The notes beneath the pieces were generated by a model that saw nothing but the letters and a program-made list of their open reading frames with translations, was not told the origin of the DNA and did not search any database. The position numbers and the translations under genes are program-made. From IMG/VR virus record IMGVR_UViG_3300045988_078919: a stretch of 44,389 nucleotides of DNA. One strand, written 5' to 3'. How positions within the stretch are numbered: the stretch's first letter is position 1; each line of letters opens with the position of its first letter. Shown in pieces: positions 7,559-16,812 of this stretch. Source of the DNA: a virus.

Positions 7559-7918
7559 ATGGGATATCAAGATTGTCCATGCGTAAACTGTGATCATAAA
7601 GCAGATGGAGAGAAGAGAGTTGCATGTAGAAAGAAATGCACTGAATTTACTGCATGGAAGTTAAGTATGCAGGCAATCAGACAGAAAAGGAAAGTTTTAC
7701 AAAAGAAACCTGATGAAGCAAAAAGGTGGAAGAAAGATATGGTAGATCCATGTAAAGCCTGTGCAGAGATAAACTGCATGGGCATTTGTGCCGATCAGGT
7801 GCAATACAAACAGGAGTACCAGGAGATGACAGATCGGATAAGGCAGCAGATAATAAATCGTAACAGGAGGGGAGAACGTGGACAAGAACGTACTGATCCA
7901 ATACACAGACATGATTGA
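7559..7918 (+). CDS. hypothetical Cys-rich basic protein
   Basis: 119 aa, with CPCVNCDH...CRKKC...CKACAEINCMGIC motifs. Confidence 0.5.
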   Translation: MGYQDCPCVNCDHKADGEKRVACRKKCTEFTAWKLSMQAIRQKRKVLQKKPDEAKRWKKDMVDPCKACAEINCMGICADQVQYKQEYQEMTDRIRQQIINRNRRGERGQERTDPIHRHD

Positions 7919-8333
7919 AGAAGTAAAAGATATAAGAAAAAGAATCTTGCAAACAGAGAAGCAGATCAGCAGGATTGAGGAAGAAGGAACCGTAAAAGAC
8001 ACAGTAAGCGGTGGCATGGGTGGAATACAGCACTTTGTCGTTGAGGGTATGCCAGTACCAGAACTTAGCAGAAAGAAGCTGCTGCTTAATAAGCGAAAAG
8101 CTATGTTGATCGAAAAAGAAAATGAACTTCTGGAACTCATGAATCAAGCGGAAGAATATATAAATAGCATTGAGAAGAGCGAACTAAGAATGATGTTTAG
8201 ATTTTATTACATTGATGGCATGACGTGGCTACAGGTAGCACATAAGATGAATCAGTTACACCCTAAAAGGCGAGTAGCTTATACGGAAGACAGCTGTAGA
8301 ATGAGAAATACAAGATTTTTTCAAGAAAATTAG
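7878..8333 (+). CDS. late-gene transcriptional regulator, sigma-70 region-4-like (DUF1492/RinA-type position)
   Basis: GTG start after GGAGG. The C-terminus SELRMMFRFYYIDGMTWLQVAHKMNQLHPKRRVAYTEDSCRMRNTRFF resembles sigma region 4. It is the last regulator-like gene upstream of the packaging module (hicAB and a tRNA intervene before terS). Confidence 0.5.
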   Translation: MDKNVLIQYTDMIEEVKDIRKRILQTEKQISRIEEEGTVKDTVSGGMGGIQHFVVEGMPVPELSRKKLLLNKRKAMLIEKENELLELMNQAEEYINSIEKSELRMMFRFYYIDGMTWLQVAHKMNQLHPKRRVAYTEDSCRMRNTRFFQEN

Positions 8334-8434
8334 AAAATGTTCGGTTACGTTCGCAAAAAATAGGCTAATATATAGGCTAGAGCGATTAGATGAAGTGATA
8401 CTTCATAAATGTTCCTTTTTCTTGCTAATAAAAA

Positions 8435-8488
8435 TACGTACAAAATACGCATAAAATTATTGACTTATACGCATTTTGTACGTATAAT
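8435..8488 (+). promoter_or_regulatory. hicAB promoter with overlapping inverted-repeat operator
   Basis: TTGACT (8460-8465), a 17-nt spacer, then TATAAT (8483-8488). A 19-nt inverted repeat (8435-8453 and 8466-8484) is 17/19 complementary. Confidence 0.6.
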
Positions 8489-8520
8489 AAACATATAAAC
8501 TAAAAAAAGGAGAGTTTTTC

Positions 8521-8691
8521 ATGAAGAGAAGAGATTTGATTAAACTCCTTGAAAAAAATGGATGGTATTTAAAACGGAATGGTGGGAACCATGATCTATA
8601 TACAGATGGTAACAGAATTGAGCCAATTCCAAGACATCCAGAGATTAAGGAGCGATTAGCTAAATCTATTATCAAGAAACTGGGGCTTTAA
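8521..8691 (+). CDS. hicA: HicA-family mRNA interferase toxin
   Basis: MKRRDLIKLLEKNGWYLKRNGGNHDLYTDGNRIEPIPRHPEIKERLAKSIIKKLGL has the classic YcfA/HicA layout. GGAGAG RBS. It is below the ORF-track cutoff. Confidence 0.8.
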   Translation: MKRRDLIKLLEKNGWYLKRNGGNHDLYTDGNRIEPIPRHPEIKERLAKSIIKKLGL

Positions 8692-8768
8692 GCCCCAGAC
8701 TTGGTGGATTCATGAAAAACAAAAATGAAAAAAGGATCAAACGGCAAGATTTTAGGAGGAATGGAAAC

Positions 8769-9176
8769 ATGGCAAAGAAAGTAGCGTATCCGGTTATTTT
8801 AAAACCGGATCAAGAAGGGTATTATGTAGAAATCCCTGATTTTGATATCGCTACAGAAGGCGATACAATAGCAGAGGCTATGGAAATGGCCAGAGATGCT
8901 ATTGGATTGATGGGGATTGATATGGAAGATGAGAAAAAAAGTCTTCCAGAACCAAATTCAAAAGCTCAAAATGTAGAAGCAGGAGACACAGTAACACTTG
9001 TAGATGTAGACTTTACAGAGTACAGAAAGAGAGTGGATAATAAAGCAGTTAAGAAAAACTGTACAATTCCATATTGGATGAGTGTAGAAGCCGATAAAGC
9101 GGGAATTAATTATTCACGAGTATTACAAGATGCAATTTCTAATATATTAGGAGTTGCGCGTACAACAAAAGGTTAA
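8769..9176 (+). CDS. hicB: HicB-family antitoxin with C-terminal RHH-like domain
   Basis: I prefer the ATG at 8769, with AGGAGG 9 nt upstream, over the track start at 8712. YPVILKPDQEGYYVEIPDFDIATEGDTIAEAMEMARDAIGL is a HicB N-terminal fold. The C-terminus is CTIPYWMSVEADKAGINYSRVLQDAI. Confidence 0.8.
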   Translation: MAKKVAYPVILKPDQEGYYVEIPDFDIATEGDTIAEAMEMARDAIGLMGIDMEDEKKSLPEPNSKAQNVEAGDTVTLVDVDFTEYRKRVDNKAVKKNCTIPYWMSVEADKAGINYSRVLQDAISNILGVARTTKG

Positions 9177-9200
9177 TCAAATCTCAAAATATATTGAATT

Positions 9201-9226
9201 AAGCACCTTCGGGTGCTTTTTTCGTG
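9201..9226 (+). terminator. Rho-independent terminator after hicB
   Basis: aagcacc-ttcg-ggtgctt hairpin followed by a T-run. Confidence 0.7.
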
Positions 9227-9237
9227 CATAAATTTAA

Positions 9238-9311
9238 GGACCTCTAGCTCAGCAGGTCAGAGCAGTCGACTTATAACCGATCGGTCCAGGGTTCGAGTCC
9301 CTGGAGGTCCA
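9238..9311 (+). tRNA. tRNA-Ile (anticodon UAU)
   Basis: Hand-folded cloverleaf. Acceptor stem GGACCTC/GAGGTCC, D arm GCTC-AGCAGGTCA-GAGC, anticodon loop C-T-TAT-A-A, T arm CAGGG-TTCGAGT-CCCTG, discriminator A. No CCA is encoded. Confidence 0.75.
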
Positions 9312-9341
9312 TTTAAGAAATAAGAAAGAAGGTGGTAATGT

Positions 9342-10220
9342 GTGAATGAAGAAAAAAACTACATACTTGCAGAGTCTGATTATGTAGCCGGAATGAAGTA
9401 TAAAGACATTGCTGCCAAGTATGGAGTCTCGATGAATACTGTGAAATCGTGGAAGAAACGATACGCATGGTCGAGGAACAAAAAGACAGAATGCATCCAA
9501 AAGGGGTGCACACAAAATAAAAAGGGTGCACACAAAAAAGAAGCCGTTGCGGAGGATGTAAGTCAGGTCGTGATCAACGATGAACTTACCGATCAGCAGC
9601 AGCTTTTTTGTTTGTACCAATCCAGAATGTTTAATTATACGAAAGCTTACATGAAAGCTTATCCAGGATGTACTTATGCATCTGCTGCCGTATTAGGAAG
9701 CAGGCTTATGAAGAATCCAGTGATCAGAAAAGAGATTGAACAGCTAAAGCAGAATCATATGAACAGGGAACTGTTAAAGCAGGAAGATATCTTTCAAAAG
9801 TACATGGATATTGCGTTTGCAGATGTGACAGATTATGTATCGTTTGGGCGAGAAAATATTCAAGTCATGGGCGCTTTTGGTCCAGTAATGGTAGAAAACA
9901 AAGAAACTGGAGAGAAGGAAGTTCTCGAAAAAGAAGTCAATACTGTGAAATTCAAACAATCTGAAGAGGTTGATGGAACGTTGATCACGGAAGTGAAGCA
10001 AGGAAAAGACGGAGCGAGTATTAAGCTGGTTGATAAGATGAAAGCTTTACAATGGCTTGCAGATCATATGGATATTGCTACAGTTGAACAGAAAGCTAAG
10101 ATTGAGCAGATCAGAGCTAAGACAGAACAAATCAGACACAGTGAAACTGATACAGGAGAAGATGCTGTTCACTCTTGGATGGAAGCAGTAAAAAAAGCGA
10201 GGGAATCAGATGGACAATAG
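9342..10220 (+). CDS. terS: terminase small subunit
   Basis: N-terminal [28 protein letters not shown]. Also [26 protein letters not shown]...[14 protein letters not shown], which is Terminase_2-like. It lies directly upstream of terL. Confidence 0.8.
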   Translation: MNEEKNYILAESDYVAGMKYKDIAAKYGVSMNTVKSWKKRYAWSRNKKTECIQKGCTQNKKGAHKKEAVAEDVSQVVINDELTDQQQLFCLYQSRMFNYTKAYMKAYPGCTYASAAVLGSRLMKNPVIRKEIEQLKQNHMNRELLKQEDIFQKYMDIAFADVTDYVSFGRENIQVMGAFGPVMVENKETGEKEVLEKEVNTVKFKQSEEVDGTLITEVKQGKDGASIKLVDKMKALQWLADHMDIATVEQKAKIEQIRAKTEQIRHSETDTGEDAVHSWMEAVKKARESDGQ

Positions 10221-11631
10221 CGTGTTACATGATTTCCTAGTAGAGAATATTCCTTTATGGCAGCAGAACCCGGTTCAATTTTTTGGAGAGGTTCTTTCTT
10301 TTTATCCAGATGAATGGCAGAAAGAAGCAGCATTTGCTTTAAGAGATAATCCGAAAGTAACGATAAAATCCGGACAGGGTGTTGGAAAGACAGGATTTGA
10401 AGCTGCGACACTGCTGTGGTTCTTAAGTTGCTTTGAAAATGCAAGAGTTGTAGCAACGGCTCCGACACTTCACCAGTTAAATGATGTTTTATGGGCCGAA
10501 GTTTCAAAATGGCAGAGTAATTCGCCACTATTGAAAGAAATACTGCAATGGACCAAAACAAAAATATCTATGATTGGCAGCAAAGAACGTTGGTATGCAG
10601 TAGCAAGAACAGCAACCACTCCAGAAAATATGCAAGGGTTCCATGAAGACAATATGCTGTTCATTGTTGATGAAGCTTCTGGTGTTGCGGATCCGATTAT
10701 GGAAGCAATCTTAGGTACTCTGACAGGAGCCAATAATAAATTGCTGCTTTGTGGAAACCCGACAAAAGCAAGCGGTACATTTTACGACAGCCATACATCG
10801 GATCGTAAATTATATTATTGCATCACTGTAAACTCCGCAGAGTCTAAAAGAACTAATAAGGACAACATTGATTCTCTGATCAGAAAATATGGAGAAGAAA
10901 GTAATGTTGTCAGAGTCAGAGTAAAAGGATTGTTTCCTAAACAAGATGACGATGTTTATATGCCGCTGGAAATGCTTGAGGCATCAATCATCTTGGAAGA
11001 GATACCACCGGCTGATATTTGTACTTTAGGAGTTGATGTGGCTCGATTTGGAAATGATGATACAGTGATCGCAAGAAATATGAATAACAAGATCACATTA
11101 GAAAAAATCAGACATGGGCAGGACTTAATGAAAACTGTCGGAGATGTTGTTGTAGAGTGTAGGAATATCAGAGAAAAGTTTAAATATAAAAAAACAATAT
11201 ATGTGATCATAGATGACACTGGTCTTGGTGGCGGAATAACAGATCGTTTGAATGAATTAAAATCGGAGGGAAAACTATCAGGTATAGTGATCGTTCCGGT
11301 CAATTTTTCTGCTGCCGTTCCAGATAAGAAAGCATCAGAAAAATATCATGATATCACATCTTATGCATGGTCCATATTAAGAGACATGTTAGAAGAAAAA
11401 GAAACAATATTACCAAATGACACAGAACTTATCGCACAATTGAGTGCAAGAAAATATGATCTTAGTTCATCGGGAAAGATACGACTAGAATCGAAAAAAG
11501 CAATGAAAGAACGCATTGGAGAATCCCCAGACCGGGCAGATGCTGTTGTTTTATCTTGCTACAGAAACAAAATTAAACCAATCAGTGTTCCAACGTCACT
11601 TATTGGAACAAAAGATAGTTATTGGAGGTGA
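10210..11631 (+). CDS. terL: terminase large subunit
   Basis: Walker [10 protein letters not shown] and Walker [11 protein letters not shown], with a C-terminal nuclease-like half. 473 aa. Confidence 0.9.
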   Translation: MDNSVLHDFLVENIPLWQQNPVQFFGEVLSFYPDEWQKEAAFALRDNPKVTIKSGQGVGKTGFEAATLLWFLSCFENARVVATAPTLHQLNDVLWAEVSKWQSNSPLLKEILQWTKTKISMIGSKERWYAVARTATTPENMQGFHEDNMLFIVDEASGVADPIMEAILGTLTGANNKLLLCGNPTKASGTFYDSHTSDRKLYYCITVNSAESKRTNKDNIDSLIRKYGEESNVVRVRVKGLFPKQDDDVYMPLEMLEASIILEEIPPADICTLGVDVARFGNDDTVIARNMNNKITLEKIRHGQDLMKTVGDVVVECRNIREKFKYKKTIYVIIDDTGLGGGITDRLNELKSEGKLSGIVIVPVNFSAAVPDKKASEKYHDITSYAWSILRDMLEEKETILPNDTELIAQLSARKYDLSSSGKIRLESKKAMKERIGESPDRADAVVLSCYRNKIKPISVPTSLIGTKDSYWR

Positions 11632-11638
11632 AATAGCA

Positions 11639-13027
11639 TTGTATGATGAAATTGGTCGCATCGGTCAAAATCGGTGGGGCGGTAGCTTTTACGAAGAATT
11701 TCTTCCAGAGTTGAGAGGTCAACGAGGAGTAAAAGTATATACGGAAATGGAGTCTAACGATGATGTAATCGGTGCGATTATATTTGCATTAGATACATTG
11801 CTTAGACAAGCACAGTTTTCCGTAGAGCCACAGGGAAACGATCAAAAGGACATAGAGGCAGCAGAGTTTGTTGAATCTTGCATGAATGATATGCAGAACA
11901 CATGGACTGACACAGTCTCTGAAATCCTATCATTTCTTACATACGGCTGGTCGTATCATGAGATCGTATATAAGAGGAGATCAGGGCGAACAGGAAACCT
12001 TAAGACGAATAGTAAATATGATGATGGTTTAATCGGGTGGAGAAAACTTCCTATCCGATCACAGGATTCTCTATACCAATGGGAGTACGACGATGAAGAT
12101 AACCTTATTGGAATGACCCAGATGCCACCGCCAAATTTTGGACTTTATACGATACCACTGGAAAAGGCAATCCATTTCAGGACCAGATCCAGAAAAGGAA
12201 ATCCAGAAGGGCGAAGTATTCTTAGAAATGCTTATCGTTCTTGGTACTTCAAGAAAGGCATTCAGGAGTTTGAAGGAATCGGGATTGAACGAGACCTCGC
12301 CGGTATACCGATGGTTACACCGCCGGAAGGTGTTGACCTGTACAATCCAGATGATCAGGAAGGATCAAGAATGTTGGCATGGGCAAATAGTTTGGTAAGA
12401 AACATCCGACAAGACAAGAGTGCTGGTATTGTGTTACCACCGGGATTCAAGTTTGAGCTTGTTTCCACAGGTGGAAGCAGACAAATTGATACGAACGAGA
12501 TCATAAAGCGTTATGATAGCCGCATAGCAATGACAACGCTTGCGGATTTTATACTGTTGGGGCATGAACACACTGGATCATTTGCATTGTCCGATGATAA
12601 GACAGAGCTATTTGCTGTAGCGATTGGATCATACCTTGACATTATCTGTGAAGCGTTTAATAACCAAGCGATCCCAAGATTAATTGATCTAAACGGAGAA
12701 CATTTCAAGGGGATCACAGACTACCCGAAGATGGTTCACGGAGATATTGAAAAGATCGACATGAACAAATTAGCACAGTATATCCAGACGATGGTTGGCA
12801 CTGGTGTATTGATCCCTGACGATGAACTGGAAACATATGTTCGAGAGGCTGGTAATTTGCCACCAAAGGTAGCTAACGATGAAAGATTCATTGATCCTGA
12901 CAGAGAAGATCAGCAGACAAACGATCTTGGATCACAGGGAAATAATGTACACCCGGAGAATAATCAGGACGTTGTCGAAGATGATGGAAAGGTACAGGAA
13001 GCCAAGAAACGATTAGGAAGGAGCTGA
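11639..13027 (+). CDS. portal protein
   Basis: Same frame as track ORF 11516-13027. I prefer the TTG at 11639, with GGAGGTG 8 nt upstream, because it starts just after the terL stop. Size and position between terL and MuF fit a portal. Confidence 0.8.
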   Translation: MYDEIGRIGQNRWGGSFYEEFLPELRGQRGVKVYTEMESNDDVIGAIIFALDTLLRQAQFSVEPQGNDQKDIEAAEFVESCMNDMQNTWTDTVSEILSFLTYGWSYHEIVYKRRSGRTGNLKTNSKYDDGLIGWRKLPIRSQDSLYQWEYDDEDNLIGMTQMPPPNFGLYTIPLEKAIHFRTRSRKGNPEGRSILRNAYRSWYFKKGIQEFEGIGIERDLAGIPMVTPPEGVDLYNPDDQEGSRMLAWANSLVRNIRQDKSAGIVLPPGFKFELVSTGGSRQIDTNEIIKRYDSRIAMTTLADFILLGHEHTGSFALSDDKTELFAVAIGSYLDIICEAFNNQAIPRLIDLNGEHFKGITDYPKMVHGDIEKIDMNKLAQYIQTMVGTGVLIPDDELETYVREAGNLPPKVANDERFIDPDREDQQTNDLGSQGNNVHPENNQDVVEDDGKVQEAKKRLGRS

Positions 13028-13031
13028 TTAT

Positions 13032-14525
13032 ATGTTCCTATTCCGAAAGGTTAAGAAGCGTGGATCGATGAAGCCAAATGATGTGAAAGAAGCATTAGAG
13101 AGGTTTCTTAATAGCAGCAGTCCAGAATTAACACGCTTGCTGGTCAGGTATTGGAAGGATCAGCAGACGGTTTTTACATTTAAAGAGATCAGAGAAGCTA
13201 TTCAGGCTGGTGTGATCTCCAAGAAATCTGTAGAAGAATGGCAACAGGATTATTCAAAACTGGTTCATGATAAGATTGCACCAGAGATGGTTAAAGCAAT
13301 GAAAGCTGGTGCTAAAAATCAAAACCAGCACAAAGGAATAGACATTGGATATAAATTTGATGCAGATCATTGGGCGGTATCTGATTGGTTGGAAAAGCAC
13401 ACAGCTGAGCTTGTAACGAATTGTACAAGAGTACAGAAAGATGCAATTCAGTCAATGATCGATATCGGAATAAGAAAACATATGGGAACAGATGAGCTTG
13501 CAAGGTTTATCCGTCCCTGTATTGGTTTAACGAAGCCACAGACACAAGCGGCTATGAAATACTATGAGAATATCAAGGAAGAGCTTACTAAGAAACATCC
13601 TAGGACAAGTCCAGAGAAGATCGAGAAAATGGCGAGAGATAAGCAAATGAAGTATGCAGAGAAAAGGCTAAGAGAAAGAGCCGTCACGATCGCACAGACC
13701 GAAAGAGCGTTTGCATATGAGTATGGCAGATATCAGCATATAAAGAATCTTGTCGATCAAGGCATATTGCCACCACAGGATAAAAAATGGTCTGCCACGG
13801 ACAGTGAGAATACATGCAGCACATGTAGAGAACTGAACGGCAAAGTTGTTGGAATGGACGAAGAATTCACTCCAGGAAAGTTGCTTCCGCCACTGCATCC
13901 GAGGTGTAAATGCTGTGTTATGTATGTCAATTCAAAATCTATGGCTGCAGCGTATGAAACAGAAGAAGATGAACTGCGAGAGTACAGCACAGAGGAAATA
14001 GAGACTCATGCTAATAAAATGTCAGAGATTGCAGACAAACATCTTGATCTTGAAAGCTCATGGAGTGGAAAGGTCGTAGTTGATGATGATTCTGGTGTTT
14101 ATGGTATCCAGTGGAACGGAGATATTATAACCAGACATGAAACAGCCCCACATATTTTGTTACATGAACAGTTACACGCTAGATCAGTTACAAAATATGA
14201 TCGTAAAATGTATAAACAGTATGAGAACATGGAAGAGGGTTCGGTACAGTTTGCAGCACAGGAGATTAGCAAGAAAGAGAATATACAAATTCTTGAATCA
14301 CAGTACGATCATATGACAGAAGCTTTAAGAAATATAAATAAAGTTGCTGGGTTATTTAAAAATGATTATGATTTTGCAATGAAGCTTATTTCTGTTCCGT
14401 TACCAGATAGGTATGACTGGCTGAATAATATGATCTATGATAAAATGATGTTATCAGGAAATATTGAAGATTATCAGAAGGTATCGCACTGGATGGAGGC
14501 TTTAGAAAATGGAAAAACATCTTGA
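13032..14525 (+). CDS. head morphogenesis protein, MuF / SPP1 gp7 family, with ~190-aa C-terminal extension containing HExxH
   Basis: MuF core ends in CSTCRELNGKVVGMDEEF...LPPLHPRCKCCVMYV (about aa 260-300). The extension carries HEQLH at aa 378-382, encoded at nt 14163-14177. Confidence 0.85.
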   Translation: MFLFRKVKKRGSMKPNDVKEALERFLNSSSPELTRLLVRYWKDQQTVFTFKEIREAIQAGVISKKSVEEWQQDYSKLVHDKIAPEMVKAMKAGAKNQNQHKGIDIGYKFDADHWAVSDWLEKHTAELVTNCTRVQKDAIQSMIDIGIRKHMGTDELARFIRPCIGLTKPQTQAAMKYYENIKEELTKKHPRTSPEKIEKMARDKQMKYAEKRLRERAVTIAQTERAFAYEYGRYQHIKNLVDQGILPPQDKKWSATDSENTCSTCRELNGKVVGMDEEFTPGKLLPPLHPRCKCCVMYVNSKSMAAAYETEEDELREYSTEEIETHANKMSEIADKHLDLESSWSGKVVVDDDSGVYGIQWNGDIITRHETAPHILLHEQLHARSVTKYDRKMYKQYENMEEGSVQFAAQEISKKENIQILESQYDHMTEALRNINKVAGLFKNDYDFAMKLISVPLPDRYDWLNNMIYDKMMLSGNIEDYQKVSHWMEALENGKTS

Positions 14526-14757
14526 ATTAAAAGAAAGATTCGATCAGCTAATGAAACAAGATATGGATGTATCAGAACACGAACAAGAATGGTTTGAATT
14601 ACTGGACGATATGCATGAATGGTTAAAGGATAAGACAATTCCGAGAAATATTCGTAGGCAGTTTGAACCTTTAGGGATGTTAGAAGTAACTATGAAAATC
14701 TGTGACGGAATCCATTACGCAAATGGAACTGGACGATATGCAAAGAAAGAAGAATGA
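14509..14757 (+). CDS. hypothetical acidic small protein (possible partner of the MuF C-terminal domain)
   Basis: 82-aa ORF overlapping the MuF gene end by 17 nt. Confidence 0.5.
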   Translation: MEKHLELKERFDQLMKQDMDVSEHEQEWFELLDDMHEWLKDKTIPRNIRRQFEPLGMLEVTMKICDGIHYANGTGRYAKKEE

Positions 14758-15056
14758 TGAAGTACAAAGCAATAGAGCAGACAGTTCAGGCAGTGCAGAT
14801 CACACCCGATATTGAGATGATCGCCCCTGACTGGCTTGCTAAGAAAATGAATACCGAAGAAATTATGATAGATCGTGCACAGCGTGACGGAGCAATCTCC
14901 GTTATTGGATGTACGATCTATTTTAATGCACGGAGATATAAAGGCAGCAGACTTGTTGCAAGAATCGGAGACTATGTTGTAAAAGATTCAGTCGGTCGAT
15001 TAAATGTAGTTCGTAAGAATGACTTTGATCGGCTGTATAAGAAGGAGGAAGTATGA
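14754..15056 (+). CDS. hypothetical protein
   Basis: 100-aa ORF with an ATGA overlap with the upstream gene. Confidence 0.55.
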   Translation: MMKYKAIEQTVQAVQITPDIEMIAPDWLAKKMNTEEIMIDRAQRDGAISVIGCTIYFNARRYKGSRLVARIGDYVVKDSVGRLNVVRKNDFDRLYKKEEV

Positions 15057-15517
15057 GATATTTTAACGATTATATACGATCCCCAGCACAGACACAGGAC
15101 AGTATACGAAAGTCCTTGAATCGAGTAGATATTACTAAGAAGGACGAAGAAAAGCAGTACGTCTTTGGATGGGCTAAGATTGCAGTCGATGAGAATGGAA
15201 ATCAGTTGGTTGACCGCCAGAACGATTTAATTGACCCAGAAGAATTAGAACAGACAGCATACACCTATGTAGAGTTCTATCGTGAAGCCGGAGAGATGCA
15301 CGAGCGAGGCGGTGCAGGCGTTTTAATCGAGAGTATTATATTCACTAAGGAAAAGATGAAAACTCTCGGTATAGAGGAAGGTACGTTGCCTGAAGGCTGG
15401 TGGGTTGGTTTCCACATCACAGACGATGAGGTCTGGGCAAAGATTAAGGACGGAACTTATACGATGTTCAGTATCGAGGGCAAAGCGAAACGTATTGAAG
15501 TTGAGGAGGACGAATAA
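15053..15517 (+). CDS. XkdF-like phage protein (Peptidase_S78_2-like)
   Basis: FGWAKIAVDENGNQLVDRQNDLIDPEELEQTAYTYVEFYREAGEMHE...MFSIEG resembles the PBSX XkdF family, by recollection. Confidence 0.55.
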   Translation: MRYFNDYIRSPAQTQDSIRKSLNRVDITKKDEEKQYVFGWAKIAVDENGNQLVDRQNDLIDPEELEQTAYTYVEFYREAGEMHERGGAGVLIESIIFTKEKMKTLGIEEGTLPEGWWVGFHITDDEVWAKIKDGTYTMFSIEGKAKRIEVEEDE

Positions 15518-16032
15518 TGGAATTTAGAGATGCATTCAAAATTATGAAATCCGGAGGAAAAGTGAAGCTACCATCATGGGGCGGATATTGGTTCTGGGAT
15601 GCAGAAAAGCAATCAATTATGATGCAGTGTAGACCAAAAGATACTGACAAAGGACAGGGAGATTTACTTGATATTAGAGAGACGCAGAGGGTTGAATATA
15701 CACTTTCTAACATTTTGTCTGATGAATGGCTAATCGCAGATGAAACAAATTGTCCAGTTTTAGGCGGAGAAGCTACATTTGGATTCGGAGATGCGATTAA
15801 GTACATGAAACGTGGACTTAAAGTCAAAAGAAAAGGATGGAACGGAAAGAACCAGTATATTCAGCTTGCAACATGTATTTCGTACACAGCAGCAGACGGA
15901 ACAATTGTTAATTGTGATCACAATGACATTGGAAATAAAGCAATTGCGTTTATCGGCACGTCTGGTGTACAGATGGGATGGTTAGCGAGCCAAGCTGATA
16001 TGTTAGCGGATGACTGGATGTTTGCAGATTAG
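15517..16032 (+). CDS. tandem DUF2829-domain protein (Tad2-like)
   Basis: The C-terminal half FGDAIKYMKRGLKVKRKGWNGKNQYIQL...GWLASQADMLADDWMFAD matches the DUF2829 signature. The N-terminal half FRDAFKIMKSGGKVKLPSWGGYWFWD...LSDEWLIAD is a degenerate second copy. Confidence 0.6.
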   Translation: MEFRDAFKIMKSGGKVKLPSWGGYWFWDAEKQSIMMQCRPKDTDKGQGDLLDIRETQRVEYTLSNILSDEWLIADETNCPVLGGEATFGFGDAIKYMKRGLKVKRKGWNGKNQYIQLATCISYTAADGTIVNCDHNDIGNKAIAFIGTSGVQMGWLASQADMLADDWMFAD

Positions 16033-16303
16033 GAGATGATCGCATTCTTAAGATTAAGAAATCACACCGACAGGATGAATGGATCGTATACAACCCTGAT
16101 TGCTTTGAATTGCACCATACGCACTGTAGGAATAAAAGAGTTGCGATCGCAATTAAGAAGAATGTAGAACGTAGAAGAGTTCCAACATCCAGAAATCTAA
16201 GGACCTTGGAAAGCCACATAAGACTGACTGGGAATAAGAACTATAAAAGAAAGATTCAGAATATCATTGAGGAAGTGAAAACCGAAAAGGAAGGTGGTAA
16301 ACA

Positions 16304-16591
16304 ATGGACTTAAACCCAAAAGACATTTATTGCATGGCAAGGATCATTCAGAGTTCTGTATTTGCAAAAGGACAGATATTCTATGGGTGTCAGTATTGTA
16401 AATACTGGAATGATGGTTGCGAAGAATATGTAAATTCTAAAGCAAAGAGTGGAGAATTTCACTACGATGTAATTATGAAAAAGCTCCAGCAGATCACAGG
16501 ATTAGATATGGGTCTAAATGCAAGTAATCTGCCAGAGAAATTTCAACGTGATTTTACCAGCCAATCAACTGTGGAATCGTCCTGTAAATAG
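16304..16591 (+). CDS. hypothetical Cys-containing protein
   Basis: 95-aa ORF with GGAAGGTGG upstream. Its 3' end overlaps the convergent minus-strand gene. Confidence 0.45.
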   Translation: MDLNPKDIYCMARIIQSSVFAKGQIFYGCQYCKYWNDGCEEYVNSKAKSGEFHYDVIMKKLQQITGLDMGLNASNLPEKFQRDFTSQSTVESSCK

Positions 16592-16763
16592 GACATTGTT
16601 CAGTTTGGCAGTTGTTAGAATGTGAACATTTATAGTTTACAAGCTTTCCTTGATTAGGATTACCGCCACACTGATAAATTCTTTGATAAACAGCGTAATA
16701 ATCACATTGATCGTTTGCAGAACTGCAATACTTAATGTATTGAATTTGTTTAAATTCATTCAT
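16554..16763 (-). CDS. hypothetical small Cys-rich protein, reverse-oriented moron
   Basis: 69 aa with 6 Cys. It has a strong RBS (GGAAGGAGG, 9 nt before the ATG) and its own promoter at 16813-16841. Confidence 0.5.
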   Translation of the reverse strand: MNEFKQIQYIKYCSSANDQCDYYAVYQRIYQCGGNPNQGKLVNYKCSHSNNCQTEQCPIYRTIPQLIGW

Positions 16764-16812
16764 AAGAATATACCTCCTTCCTTTGATTACTTAGGCTATG
16801 CCTTGTATGTAG

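Noticed and set aside
7677-8147. Two overlapping minus-strand ORFs of 156 and 147 aa (7677-8147, 7697-8140)
   Set aside because: They are antisense to the + strand Cys-rich and sigma-like genes, which are overlap-coupled and have ribosome-binding sites. The translations are Ser/Phe/Leu-rich with no start context.
12138-12398. Nested + strand ORFs in alternative frames (12138-12398 in the portal gene, 20855-21067 in the gp10-like gene, 22409-22642 in the sheath gene)
   Set aside because: They lie entirely inside larger genes with recognisable products and have no independent translation signals.
16110-16313. 67-aa basic ORF (TTG start); its frame is open from 16014 and reads ...RILKIKKSHRQDEWIVYNPDCFELHHTHCRNK
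   Set aside because: It has no convincing start codon or ribosome-binding site. It may be a real small gene or a remnant, but I cannot support a call.
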